A stretch of DNA of 64,000 bases, from positions 1,271,240 to 1,335,239 of the forward strand of contig OY769902.1 in the NCBI GenBank assembly GCA_963669175.1, written 5' to 3'. The translations under genes were made by a program, and so were the position numbers. This document shows, in pieces, positions 13,917 through 22,794 of the stretch. Source of the stretch: a bacterium. Its GTDB lineage: Bacteria > Electryoneota > Electryoneia > Electryoneales > Electryoneaceae. The notes beneath the pieces were generated by a model. The model saw only the letters and a program-made list of their open reading frames with translations. It did not search any database and was not told the DNA's origin. How positions within the stretch are numbered: position 1 is the first letter of the stretch; the number at the start of each line of letters is the position of its first letter.

Positions 13917-16493
13917 ATGGGGTTTGTGAAAAAAATCGCGAAACATTCCCTTTTGCTGATCCTGTTTGTTGTATTGGGGTTGACGCTCTTTCAGTCCCCT
14001 GCACCCACGATGGAAAATGAAGATTGCCTGATGTGCCACAGCGATCCGGATCTGGAAGCTGAGGACGGGCGGAATGTCGGGGTCAAGGAAGATGCGTTCA
14101 TGGAGAGTGTGCATGCCGGCTTTTCCTGCACGGATTGCCACATGCAGCCCGGGGACTATGAGGATCTGCCTCATTATACCGTCTATCGTAAGGTAGATTG
14201 TGGCTATTGCCATGAAGACGCGGTAAAGAGCTTCAAGGGCAGTTTCCATGAAATGGCATTGAACCAGGGTACACCCAACGCGCCAAAGTGTTATTCCTGT
14301 CATGGTGCGGCAGGTGATCCCCACGCTATTCATGGTCTGGGCAAACGTAGCGCTGAAACAGCCTGCCAGCAGTGTCATGCCAAAGAAGCCAGCCTGTACG
14401 ATGGCAGCACTCATGCTCTGGCTGCCAAAAAGGGAAAGAACAGTCCCGGTTGTACCGGCTGCCACGAAACCCATTCACCGGCGTTTCCGCCTTCCGCAGG
14501 TGCGGTCAACGCCTTGTGCGAGTCCTGCCACAAGGGCGCAATGGATGAATTGGCCAACAGTGGGCACATGGGCGAAGCGCTTCAGGGGAAGATGTCCTGT
14601 TCGTCCTGTCATGATGTTCATGCGACTCACAAACCGCATGTGGATCAGACAACCCTGACCGCCTGCAATGAATGCCATCCAGGATACTGTGATTCCCTGA
14701 AGATGTCCGTTCACGCTCCGTTGATCGAAGCGAAAGAGATGAACTGTCTCTCCTGCCATCGTTCGCACCAGGTGTCCGCAGATGCGCAGGAATCGGAAGA
14801 CTTCGGGTGTGGCGCCTGCCACGAGGAAGCGGAGCACGAATATCGTACCAGTGTACACCGTCGCGCACGTTTGAAGGGTGATGAAGTTGCCGCGACCTGT
14901 GGGGATTGCCATACAGGACACAAAGTGCTTCCGGCATCTGACCCGAAGAGTATGGTGAATCACTTCAACATCCCGGACCTTTGCGGGAAATGCCATACTG
15001 ATGAAAGTGTAATCACATCCGACTTCGTGCGTCTGCCGATTTCGTTGCCCAGTTATCTGGAATCTATCCACGGCCAGGGCTGGAAGGAAGGCAAGCCTAC
15101 GGCTGTATGTACTGACTGTCACGGTGATCATAACCTGGAAGCGGCCTCTTCACCGTCATCGACCATTAACAAGAACAACCTGGCGCTTACCTGTGGCCAG
15201 TGTCATAGAACGGTATCGGAAGATTACCTCGGGTCGGTCCATGGACGCGCTTTGGCGCATGGTATTACTGACAGCCCGAGCTGTACCGATTGCCATGATG
15301 AGCACCTTATTCGTGCTACGGATGACGAACGCAGCGCAGTGAACAAGACCAACCAGGCTACGATGTCCTGCGGTTCCTGCCATGAAGACCCGGAAATGGC
15401 GGTCCGTTATGGTTTGCCACCGGAAGTGGTATCCAGTTATGTGGATTCCTATCATGGTTGGGCGATCAAGCGTGGCGGCAAAGCGGTAGCGGTTTGCGAG
15501 GACTGCCACAATACGCATGACATCCGCAGTCGTTTTGATCCGGAATCATCGATTCATGAGAACAATGTTGTCGCTACCTGCGGACGTTGCCATCCGAACT
15601 CGAACCCGCAGTTCGCGGCGAGTTATTCGCATGTGCTGGCTCGTGACAAGAAAATGATTCATGACTGGGTGGCGTTGGCCTACTGGATCCTGATCCCGTT
15701 GGTGCTGGGCGGCATGCTGGTTCATAACCTGATCATCTATGTCCATGATCTGCGCATTCACTATCGTCTTACAAAGAAGAAGCCGGCCATCAAGCGCATG
15801 ACCACCAGCGAAATCTGGCAGCATGTTATCCTGGCGGTCAGTTTCATTATGCTGGGGATTACCGGGTTTGCATTGCGCTTCCCCGATGCCTGGTGGGTGG
15901 ACATTCTGACTTGGGCGGGCATGACCGAAGAGCTGCGTCGCATTCTGCACCGCGCCTTCGCCATGATGCTGGTGGCGGCCTCATTCTACCACCTGTTCTA
16001 CCTGCTCTTCACCGGGCGTGGACGGTTGGTATTAAAGGCGATGTTCCCCGGCCCACGTGATGCGCTGGAAGCCATGCAGAACATGATGTATTACTTCGGG
16101 TTGCAGAAGAAACCGCCAGTGTTCGGCATGTACGATTACACTCAGAAAGCGGAATACTGGGCCTTGATCTGGGGTCAGATCGTGATGACCCTGACAGGTT
16201 TCATCCTGATGTTCCCCGATGTGACCACGGCCTTTACTCCGGCTTGGGTGGTGCGTGTCGCGGAGACTTTCCACTTCTACGAAGCTATCCTTGCAGTGAG
16301 CGCTATCGCTGTGTGGCATTTCTTCTTCGTGATCTTTATTCCACGGGAATACCCGATGAGCTGGATCTGGGTCACAGGGCGTATGCCCAAGGATGAATGG
16401 GAACATCATCACGGACGTGAACCGGAACAGACCGGCAAGCAGCCGGAATTCCTGCCCCCGGTGGATGATGGGAAGGATGAAGAAACGCATTGA
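13917..16493 (+). CDS. Multiheme (19 CxxCH) c-type cytochrome fused to a C-terminal 5-TM b-type-cytochrome-like domain
   Basis: The track ORF is 13878-16493; I prefer ATG 13917 (MGFVKKIAKHSLLLILFVVLGL). I counted 19 CxxCH motifs. They are followed by five hydrophobic helices with conserved His (VHNL, WQHV, LHRA/YHLF, FHFY/WHFF). Confidence 0.85.
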   Translation: MGFVKKIAKHSLLLILFVVLGLTLFQSPAPTMENEDCLMCHSDPDLEAEDGRNVGVKEDAFMESVHAGFSCTDCHMQPGDYEDLPHYTVYRKVDCGYCHEDAVKSFKGSFHEMALNQGTPNAPKCYSCHGAAGDPHAIHGLGKRSAETACQQCHAKEASLYDGSTHALAAKKGKNSPGCTGCHETHSPAFPPSAGAVNALCESCHKGAMDELANSGHMGEALQGKMSCSSCHDVHATHKPHVDQTTLTACNECHPGYCDSLKMSVHAPLIEAKEMNCLSCHRSHQVSADAQESEDFGCGACHEEAEHEYRTSVHRRARLKGDEVAATCGDCHTGHKVLPASDPKSMVNHFNIPDLCGKCHTDESVITSDFVRLPISLPSYLESIHGQGWKEGKPTAVCTDCHGDHNLEAASSPSSTINKNNLALTCGQCHRTVSEDYLGSVHGRALAHGITDSPSCTDCHDEHLIRATDDERSAVNKTNQATMSCGSCHEDPEMAVRYGLPPEVVSSYVDSYHGWAIKRGGKAVAVCEDCHNTHDIRSRFDPESSIHENNVVATCGRCHPNSNPQFAASYSHVLARDKKMIHDWVALAYWILIPLVLGGMLVHNLIIYVHDLRIHYRLTKKKPAIKRMTTSEIWQHVILAVSFIMLGITGFALRFPDAWWVDILTWAGMTEELRRILHRAFAMMLVAASFYHLFYLLFTGRGRLVLKAMFPGPRDALEAMQNMMYYFGLQKKPPVFGMYDYTQKAEYWALIWGQIVMTLTGFILMFPDVTTAFTPAWVVRVAETFHFYEAILAVSAIAVWHFFFVIFIPREYPMSWIWVTGRMPKDEWEHHHGREPEQTGKQPEFLPPVDDGKDEETH

Positions 16494-16521
16494 TTGCTTA
16501 ATTGATAGAGATGATTCTCAT

Positions 16522-16553
16522 GGCCGGTCCGGGATTCCCGGGCCGGTTTCTTT
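16522..16553 (+). terminator. Rho-independent terminator of the cytochrome gene
   Basis: GGCCGGTCCGGG-ATT-CCCGGGCCGG (one mismatch) is followed by TTTCTTT, 29 nt after the stop. Confidence 0.6.
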
Positions 16554-16557
16554 ATAA

Positions 16558-16613
16558 AGTGAAAAAGGTAAAGAAGTGAAAAAGGTAAAGAAGGGAAAAA
16601 AGTAAAGAAAGTA
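16558..16613 (+). repeat. Family G purine-rich box (reiterated)
   Basis: AGTGAAAAAGGTAAAGAAGTGAAAAAGGTAAAGAAGGGAAAAAAGTAAAGAAAGTAG. Confidence 0.8.
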
Positions 16614-16639
16614 GCCCGTCCATGCCCGGCCGGGTATCT
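16611..16639 (+). repeat. Family I hairpin
   Basis: GTAGCCCGTCCATGCCCGGCCGGGTATCT; compare 10173-10202. Confidence 0.7.
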
Positions 16640-16869
16640 GTTGAATTTACAGGATATGCAGGATACGAAGGATGAAAAGGATAAAAGCCGAAAGGCATGA
16701 GGGCTTCACGAATGAGATTCTGCCTGATTTTAAAATCCGGGACTAACCACAAATAGCATGTCCTTTATTTCGTTTATCACTAACCCGAATATTTCACCAA
16801 TGCAATTTCAAATTTGGTATTTGATGGAATGGCCAGTACAAGAACCACGGCAGTGGTTCTCTGTATTAG

Positions 16870-16908
16870 CCCACCGTCCAGCGCCGTCTGTTTGGCGCTC
16901 ACGGTGGG
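16870..16908 (-). repeat. Family E hairpin, copy E1
   Basis: CCCACCGTCCAGCGCCGTCTGTTTGGCGCTCACGGTGGG. The loop core is the reverse complement of GCCAAACAGACGGC. Confidence 0.75.
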
Positions 16909-17023
16909 AATAGGATGTACGCTTTGCCAACCCCGGCAGCGGGTTGCCTGAATATTTCCACTGTATACTTTTGATATTTATCAGGTTACTCCTTCCGGAG
17001 TAAATATATGGTGCGCATTATCT

Positions 17024-17061
17024 CCCCGGGTAGCCGCCAAACTGACGGCGGCTGCCCGGGG
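17024..17061 (+). repeat. Family E hairpin, copy E2
   Basis: CCCCGGGTAGCCGCCAAACTGACGGCGGCTGCCCGGGG. Confidence 0.75.
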
Positions 17062-17364
17062 CTAATACAGGTTGCCCCTGCCGGGGCGGTTGCCGATTCT
17101 CAGCCTATTTTGCCAGCGAAACAGGGAATAGACACGCAAAGGGATACCGGAGCAAACTGTCCCCTGAAAAATGCTGTATGAATCAGTTGTATTGTGTTGA
17201 TATGAACTGTGTTAAGATGAATATCCATGTTCCGTTCATGAAATATTCGGGCTAAAATGGTTTCTTCCTGTTGATCCTTTCCATCCTGTAAATATTGTTC
17301 TTTTCTTTGCGCCTTGTAGCCTGCCCCCGAATGTTGTGGTCGGGGGGCTTTGCGTGAAACGCAG

Positions 17365-18867
17365 TTAATCCCCCAGTCTGCCGAAGCGCCAGATAATCTC
17401 ACGCTGCCAGTTCTTCAGCCCGTCATTCAGGTGTTCATCACCGACACGCCAGCTCCAGTTACCGTGGGGATTGCCCGGTGTATTCATCCGGTGGAACTGG
17501 TCCAGCCCGACCAGATCCTGCATCGGCGCGATAGCATATTGTGCAACCGACTGCAAGGCCATGCGCCACAGGTCTTCATGGGGACGATCCACTCCATGCT
17601 GCTGGTACGCAGACAGGTCGCCACGGATTTCATCGTTGATTTCCTGCCGCCACCAACCGAGCGTGGTATTGTTATCATGGGTACCGGTATAGACAACCCG
17701 GTCGTATTCATGATTATGCGGCAGGAAAACATTGTCACGTGTCCCGCCCCAGGCGAATTGCAGGATACACATGCCGGGCATGTCGAAATGCTTGCGCAGA
17801 GCGGTGACTTCTTTTGTAATGACGCCGAGGTCTTCGGCGATCAGGGGTAACTTGCCAAGTTTGTCACGTACCGCGCTGAACAACTCTTTCCCTGGTGCAG
17901 GAACCCATTCGCCAAGTTCGGCTGTTTCATGTTCAGCCGGAATCTCCCAGCAGGCGACAAAGCCACGGAAATGGTCGATACGAAGCAAGTCTACCGTCTC
18001 AAGCGCGTACTTGATCCGTTCTGTCCACCACAGGAACCCGGTTTCCAAGTGTTTGGCCCAGTTGTATATCGGATTGCCCCAGCGTTGCCCCGTGGCGGAG
18101 AAATAGTCCGGCGGCACCCCGGCGATCACGATAGGATTGCCCTTGGCATCCAGTTTGAACAGGTCTGGATTGGACCATACATCAGCGCTGTCATAGGCGA
18201 CGAAGATCGGCGCGTCTCCCATAAACTGCACACCCAGTTCTTTGGCGTGAGCACGAAGTGCGTTCCACTGGTGGAAAAAGATGAACTGCTCCCATTCGAT
18301 CTGCTGAATCGTATCCTGTTGGTCGGCACGGACAGCCTTCAGGGCTTCTGGATCACGATCCCGTAATTTTGCCGGCCACTGGTTCCAGACGCGGCCATCC
18401 TGGGTATCCTTAATCGTCATAAATAGCGAGTAGTCGTTCAGCCAGGGGGCGTGGTGACCCTGGAACTCAAAAAATTCTGCACGTTCCAGCTTGGTCGCGC
18501 GATCATCCCATGTTTTATACGCTTTCTTCAGGAGACGTTTCTTTTCCGGGATCAGCCCACCAAAATCAACATGATCATGCGGGAGGTTGCGCAGGGTATA
18601 AAAATCTTCTTCCGACAGGAGGCCTCGATCTGCCAGTTCACCCATATCGATCAAATAGGGATTCCCGGCGAACGCTGAGAAGCAGGCGTAAGGACTGTCG
18701 CCATACCCGGTGGGACCAAGGGGAAGCACCTGCCAGACACGGAACCCTGCGCCTGCAATCCATTCCAAAGTTCGATGAGCATGCCATCCCAATTCACCTA
18801 TTCCATTGGGGCCGGGTAGCGAGGTGGGGTGCAGTAACAGGCCAGCTTTACGTTCTTGTTGCATCAC
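17365..18867 (-). CDS. malQ: 4-alpha-glucanotransferase (amylomaltase, GH77)
   Basis: 500-aa ORF with the LLHPTSLPGPNGIGELG N-terminus and the LRIDHFRGF, GDAPIFV, IAEDLG and YTGTHDN motifs. Confidence 0.93.
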   Translation of the reverse strand: MMQQERKAGLLLHPTSLPGPNGIGELGWHAHRTLEWIAGAGFRVWQVLPLGPTGYGDSPYACFSAFAGNPYLIDMGELADRGLLSEEDFYTLRNLPHDHVDFGGLIPEKKRLLKKAYKTWDDRATKLERAEFFEFQGHHAPWLNDYSLFMTIKDTQDGRVWNQWPAKLRDRDPEALKAVRADQQDTIQQIEWEQFIFFHQWNALRAHAKELGVQFMGDAPIFVAYDSADVWSNPDLFKLDAKGNPIVIAGVPPDYFSATGQRWGNPIYNWAKHLETGFLWWTERIKYALETVDLLRIDHFRGFVACWEIPAEHETAELGEWVPAPGKELFSAVRDKLGKLPLIAEDLGVITKEVTALRKHFDMPGMCILQFAWGGTRDNVFLPHNHEYDRVVYTGTHDNNTTLGWWRQEINDEIRGDLSAYQQHGVDRPHEDLWRMALQSVAQYAIAPMQDLVGLDQFHRMNTPGNPHGNWSWRVGDEHLNDGLKNWQREIIWRFGRLGD

Positions 18868-19103
18868 GTTGCCCTCCCGGCGATCAGGTTGTGTTTAGCT
18901 GCAAATGTACAGTAAGAGAGTGTGCTATTTTGCGAGCACATGGTAAAGATTCACGTCTCAAGAGAAAAGACCTCCAGATCAATTTCTTCTCCGAAAACAT
19001 GTTTTCAGTTCTCCGGCAACATTTGACTTTAAAAAAAAGTTGCTTATCTTAACGCGCAAACTACTGATCATATTTTCAGTTTAAAACATAGATTGTTACC
19101 GGC

Positions 19104-21941
19104 ATGTCACCCAACGAACCAGACAAAATTCGCATCCTTGGCGCACGCGAGCATAACCTTGCCAATATTGATGTAACCCTGCCACGCAACCGTTTGTGTG
19201 TGGTTACCGGACTGAGTGGAAGCGGGAAGTCCAGCCTGGCGTTTGATACGCTATATGCTGAAGGCCAAAGGCGTTACGTGGAGTCATTATCCGCGTATGC
19301 ACGCCAGTTCCTTGGCCTGATGGAAAAACCGGACGTGGACTTCATTGAAGGTTTGTCTCCCGCAATCTCCATCGAACAGAAGGCAACGCATCGCAATCCA
19401 CGGTCTACGGTTGCCACGGTTACCGAGATTTACGATTACTTGCGTCTGCTTTTTGCCCGGATTGGCGTTGTTCATTGTCCCAGTTGCGGCAAGCAGATCA
19501 GCAGGCAGACCGTACAGCAGATCACCGACGCCATTCTTGACTATCCTGAAGGCACACGTTTGCAGATACTCGCCCCGGTAGTGCGTGAACGCAAGGGCGA
19601 ATACCGGAAGATGTTCAAGGAGATCGAGAGGGATGGGTTTGTGCGTGTCCGGGTTGATGGAGAGGTTTACCCGGTCACCGAAACACCCACCCTGGACAAG
19701 AAGAAGAAGCATTCTGTTGATATCGTAGTTGACCGTCTGGTGGTAAAAGATGGTATCCTTACCCGTTTGACCGACAGCATTGAGACTGCGCTGGGCAAGG
19801 CGGAAGGTCTGGTTACGATGCTCACTGCAGACGGGGAAGAGAGGTTATTCAGCGAGCATTTTGCCTGTCATGATTGCGGTATATCACTGGAAGAACCGGC
19901 GCCACGAAATTTCTCTTTCAACAGCCCGTTTGGCGCCTGCCCGGTTTGTGACGGGCTGGGATTCCGTCTTGAAATCGATCCACGGCGAATCGTACCCGAT
20001 GAAAGCAAAACGATCGTAGGCGGGGCTATTGAACCGTTTGGCCTGGCGCGTGAAAGCTGGACTTTACGTATGCTGGAGAAGGTCGCCGAACATCACAAGT
20101 TCAAGCTGACCACTCCCTGGCACAAACTCCCGGAAGAACATCAGAAAACCATCCTGTACGGTTCGAAGGATAAAATCCATTTTGTCTGGGAACGATCCAA
20201 CGACAAGTACGAAGGCACGTGGGACCATTGGGGAAAATGGGAAGGTGTGATTACCAACCTGCAACGCCGTTACAAGCAGACCAATTCCCAGGGGATTCGT
20301 GACTGGATCGAGGGATTCATGGGGCAGGTACCCTGTGAGGTGTGCCATGGTCAACGCTTGCGTCCGGAAGCGTTGGCGGTGCGTGTACAGGGACTGAATA
20401 TTGCGGAAGTCAGCGCTAAATCCATCGGGCAATCTATCGAGTATTTTAACTCGCTTCAACTTTCTGAGCGTGATGCGACCATCGCCGAGCAGATCATGAA
20501 AGAGCTGAAAGCCCGGCTAGGTTTCCTGATGAATGTGGGCCTGAATTATCTGACACTGGATCGTAGTGCGGGTAGCCTGTCCGGTGGTGAAGCGCAGCGC
20601 ATCCGCCTGGCGACCCAGATCGGCAGTCAGCTTGTCGGTGTGATGTACATCCTCGATGAACCTTCCATCGGGCTGCATCAACGGGATAACGCCCGTTTGA
20701 TTACCACGCTGGAAAAGTTGCGTGACCTGGGCAACTCGGTGATCGTCGTCGAGCATGACCGTGAAACGATCGAACGTGCCGATTATGTAGTTGACCTTGG
20801 GCCAGGCGCGGGACGGCATGGCGGCAAAGTCGTCGCAGCGGGGTCACCCGATGAGATTCGCGATGATCCCAACAGCGTCACGGGAAATTTTCTGTCCGGG
20901 CGGGAAGTCATCCCGGTGCCCGAGAAACGGCGTACCCCTTCGAAACGGTGGATCACGATCAAGGGCGCACGTGGGCACAACCTGAAGAACATCGATGTCA
21001 AGTTCCCGCTCGGCTTGTTTACCGTAGTAACCGGCGTCTCAGGCTCAGGAAAAAGCACGCTGGTCAACGAGACACTTTACCCTGCGCTGGCGCGTACGCT
21101 CAATGGATCTCGTGAGGTGCCATTATCCCATAACGATATCAAAGGGCTGCACTATATCGACAAGGTTGTCGATATTGATCAGTCCCCGATTGGACGCACC
21201 CCACGTTCCAATCCGGCGACCTACACCGGGCTGTTCACGCTGATACGTGATCTGTATGCCCAGCTTCCTGATGCAAAAGCACGAGGGTACAAGTCCGGGC
21301 GCTTCAGCTTCAATGTCAAGGGCGGACGTTGTGAAGCCTGCCAGGGGGCGGGTATCATCAAGATAGAAATGCACTTCCTGCCGGATGTATATGTGACCTG
21401 TGAAACCTGCAAGGGTAAACGCTACAATCGTGAAACCCTGGAAGTGAAATACCGTGGCCGTTCCATCTCGGACGTTTTGAACATGACCGTGGAAGAAGGG
21501 TACGAGTTCTTCGAAAACCACCCGCCACTGGCACGGAAACTGAAGGTATTGAACGAAGTCGGCCTTGGTTATATCAAGCTGGGCCAGCAGGCGACAACTC
21601 TCTCCGGCGGTGAAGCGCAGCGGGTGAAATTGTCCACAGAACTTTCCAAGGTCAGCACCGGGAAGACGATCTACATTCTTGACGAGCCCACAACCGGGCT
21701 GCATTTCCAGGATATCCGGTTGTTGCTGCAAGTGCTGCATCAACTGGTGGAGAAGGGCAATACGGTGATCGTTATCGAGCACAACCTGGATGTGATCAAG
21801 ACGGCTGACTGGATCATCGATCTCGGTCCGGAAGGCGGCGATAACGGCGGGACTATTCTCGCAACCGGATCACCAGAGGATGTCATCGAGGTTCCGCAAA
21901 GTTATACCGGACAGTTCCTGAAAGAGGAGCTGAACCGGTAG
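19104..21941 (+). CDS. uvrA: Excinuclease ABC subunit A
   Basis: 945-aa ORF with two ABC modules ([25 protein letters not shown]), LSGGEAQR signatures and Cys zinc modules. Confidence 0.98.
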   Translation: MSPNEPDKIRILGAREHNLANIDVTLPRNRLCVVTGLSGSGKSSLAFDTLYAEGQRRYVESLSAYARQFLGLMEKPDVDFIEGLSPAISIEQKATHRNPRSTVATVTEIYDYLRLLFARIGVVHCPSCGKQISRQTVQQITDAILDYPEGTRLQILAPVVRERKGEYRKMFKEIERDGFVRVRVDGEVYPVTETPTLDKKKKHSVDIVVDRLVVKDGILTRLTDSIETALGKAEGLVTMLTADGEERLFSEHFACHDCGISLEEPAPRNFSFNSPFGACPVCDGLGFRLEIDPRRIVPDESKTIVGGAIEPFGLARESWTLRMLEKVAEHHKFKLTTPWHKLPEEHQKTILYGSKDKIHFVWERSNDKYEGTWDHWGKWEGVITNLQRRYKQTNSQGIRDWIEGFMGQVPCEVCHGQRLRPEALAVRVQGLNIAEVSAKSIGQSIEYFNSLQLSERDATIAEQIMKELKARLGFLMNVGLNYLTLDRSAGSLSGGEAQRIRLATQIGSQLVGVMYILDEPSIGLHQRDNARLITTLEKLRDLGNSVIVVEHDRETIERADYVVDLGPGAGRHGGKVVAAGSPDEIRDDPNSVTGNFLSGREVIPVPEKRRTPSKRWITIKGARGHNLKNIDVKFPLGLFTVVTGVSGSGKSTLVNETLYPALARTLNGSREVPLSHNDIKGLHYIDKVVDIDQSPIGRTPRSNPATYTGLFTLIRDLYAQLPDAKARGYKSGRFSFNVKGGRCEACQGAGIIKIEMHFLPDVYVTCETCKGKRYNRETLEVKYRGRSISDVLNMTVEEGYEFFENHPPLARKLKVLNEVGLGYIKLGQQATTLSGGEAQRVKLSTELSKVSTGKTIYILDEPTTGLHFQDIRLLLQVLHQLVEKGNTVIVIEHNLDVIKTADWIIDLGPEGGDNGGTILATGSPEDVIEVPQSYTGQFLKEELNR

Positions 21942-21950
21942 CCTTCTGCT

Positions 21951-22117
21951 GAATTTACAGGATGATCAGGATGTTAAGGATAATAAGGATAAAAACATAA
22001 AACTATATAATTATTTTTACAATACTAACAACGAATAGACTCATTAAGCATTTATGGGGTTTTCATGTTAGGTTGTTATCCTGAATATCCTTGTTATCCT
22101 TTGTATCCTGTAAATTC
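21951..22117. repeat. Family D element D6
   Basis: The forward arm is GAATTTACAGGATGATCAGGATGTTAAGGATAATAAGGATAAAAAC. The reverse arm is 22074-22117 and ends ..ATCCTGTAAATTC. The centre is AT-rich and 80 nt long. The element starts 10 nt after the uvrA stop. Confidence 0.85.
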
Positions 22118-22155
22118 GATATGATTTCATTTGATTCATGCTATTTTGAATGGGT

Positions 22156-22450
22156 AAGCAGGCGAAAAATGGGACTGTTACCTTTTCATGCTTTTGAATG
22201 CAGAACAATCACATTAGTATTGAAGAAAAGGTGACTGTACCAATTTTTTACCTGCTCTGTAAGATGGTTCAGGACTGGAAAATGCTGGGACAGCCACCTT
22301 TTCGAAACATATCTTCCCAGCGATCAATGATTTTGCGTACAAATGAAACATGGTCAACAATATCTGGCATATTCGCAGGCGAAAAGAGTGGCAGTCCCCA
22401 TTTTCCCCCGGCAATTCCCCCCTTCCCATCGAATTGGACCCTTACATCCA
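22156..22450 (+). repeat. Family B element, copy B1
   Basis: Collinear with 34393-34685 and with the reverse complement of 62611-62862. Dyad boxes at 22164-22187, 22225-22249, 22277-22304 and 22381-22405. Confidence 0.85.
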
Positions 22451-22513
22451 GGTTAATGGTATAGCAGAATCTTACCCACACGAAACAGTGAGGAACCATT
22501 TCATTTGGTTCAC

Positions 22514-22547
22514 CTCGAGATCCCCGGTCAAGCCGGGGATGACATAG
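22514..22547 (+). repeat. Family H hairpin
   Basis: CTCGAGATCCCCGGTCAAGCCGGGGATGACATAG. Its 3' half seeds the adjacent tandem repeat. Confidence 0.8.
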
Positions 22548-22620
22548 AGTGCAGGGGATGACATAGAGTGCAGGGGATGACATAGAGTGCAGGGGATGAC
22601 ATAGAGTGCAGGGGATGACA
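22535..22620. repeat. Tandem repeat, 19 bp x 4.5
   Basis: The unit GGGGATGACATAGAGTGCA occurs at 22535, 22554, 22573 and 22592, with a partial unit at 22611-22620. Confidence 0.95.
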
Positions 22621-22677
22621 GTATGCGGCATTTCTTTCGACACTCAGCATAACAAATAATTTTTGCACCATCAGAAC

Positions 22678-22708
22678 AAAAAGAAAAACCCGGGTGAATC
22701 ACCCGGGT
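22678..22708 (-). terminator. Rho-independent terminator of the S8 protease gene
   Basis: On the minus strand, ACCCGGGTG-ATT-CACCCGGGT is followed by TTTTTCTTTTT. Confidence 0.7.
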
Positions 22709-22715
22709 CAAATAT

Positions 22716-22794
22716 TCTACACTTCTTACGCTGCTTACTTTCTTTTCCTACTTCCTACCTTTTTCACTGTCTACTTTTTTCACTTCTTTCACTT
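22716..22794 (-). repeat. Family G purine-rich box (extended)
   Basis: Directly after the TAG stop, the minus strand reads AAGTGAAAGAAGTGAAAAAAGTAGACAGTGAAAAAGGTAGGAAGTAGGAAAAGAAAGTAAGCAGCG. Confidence 0.8.

Larger units (their letters stand above)
16784..17251. mobile_element. Element J: 468-bp TIR-bounded non-coding insertion (MITE-like)
   Basis: Perfect 12-bp TIRs CCCGAATATTTC (16784-16795) and GAAATATTCGGG (17240-17251) are flanked by CTAA/CTAA (16780-16783, 17252-17255). Excising the element restores CGTTTATCACTAAAATGGTTTC, as in D4 (13496-13518, which has one extra A). The interior is a cluster of GC-rich hairpins. Confidence 0.75.
16643..17295. repeat. Family D element D5, interrupted by element J
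   Basis: The forward arm is 16643-16686 and the centre 16687-16783 is homologous to D4. The J insertion occupies 16784-17251. The reverse arm is 17261-17295. Confidence 0.8.

Noticed and set aside
22514-22620. Possible CRISPR array (CRISPR-repeat-like hairpin followed by regularly spaced repeats).
   Set aside because: The units are head-to-tail 19-mers with no unique spacers. Other family H hairpins are solitary, and no cas genes are in the window. I treat these as a tandem repeat plus REP-like hairpins.
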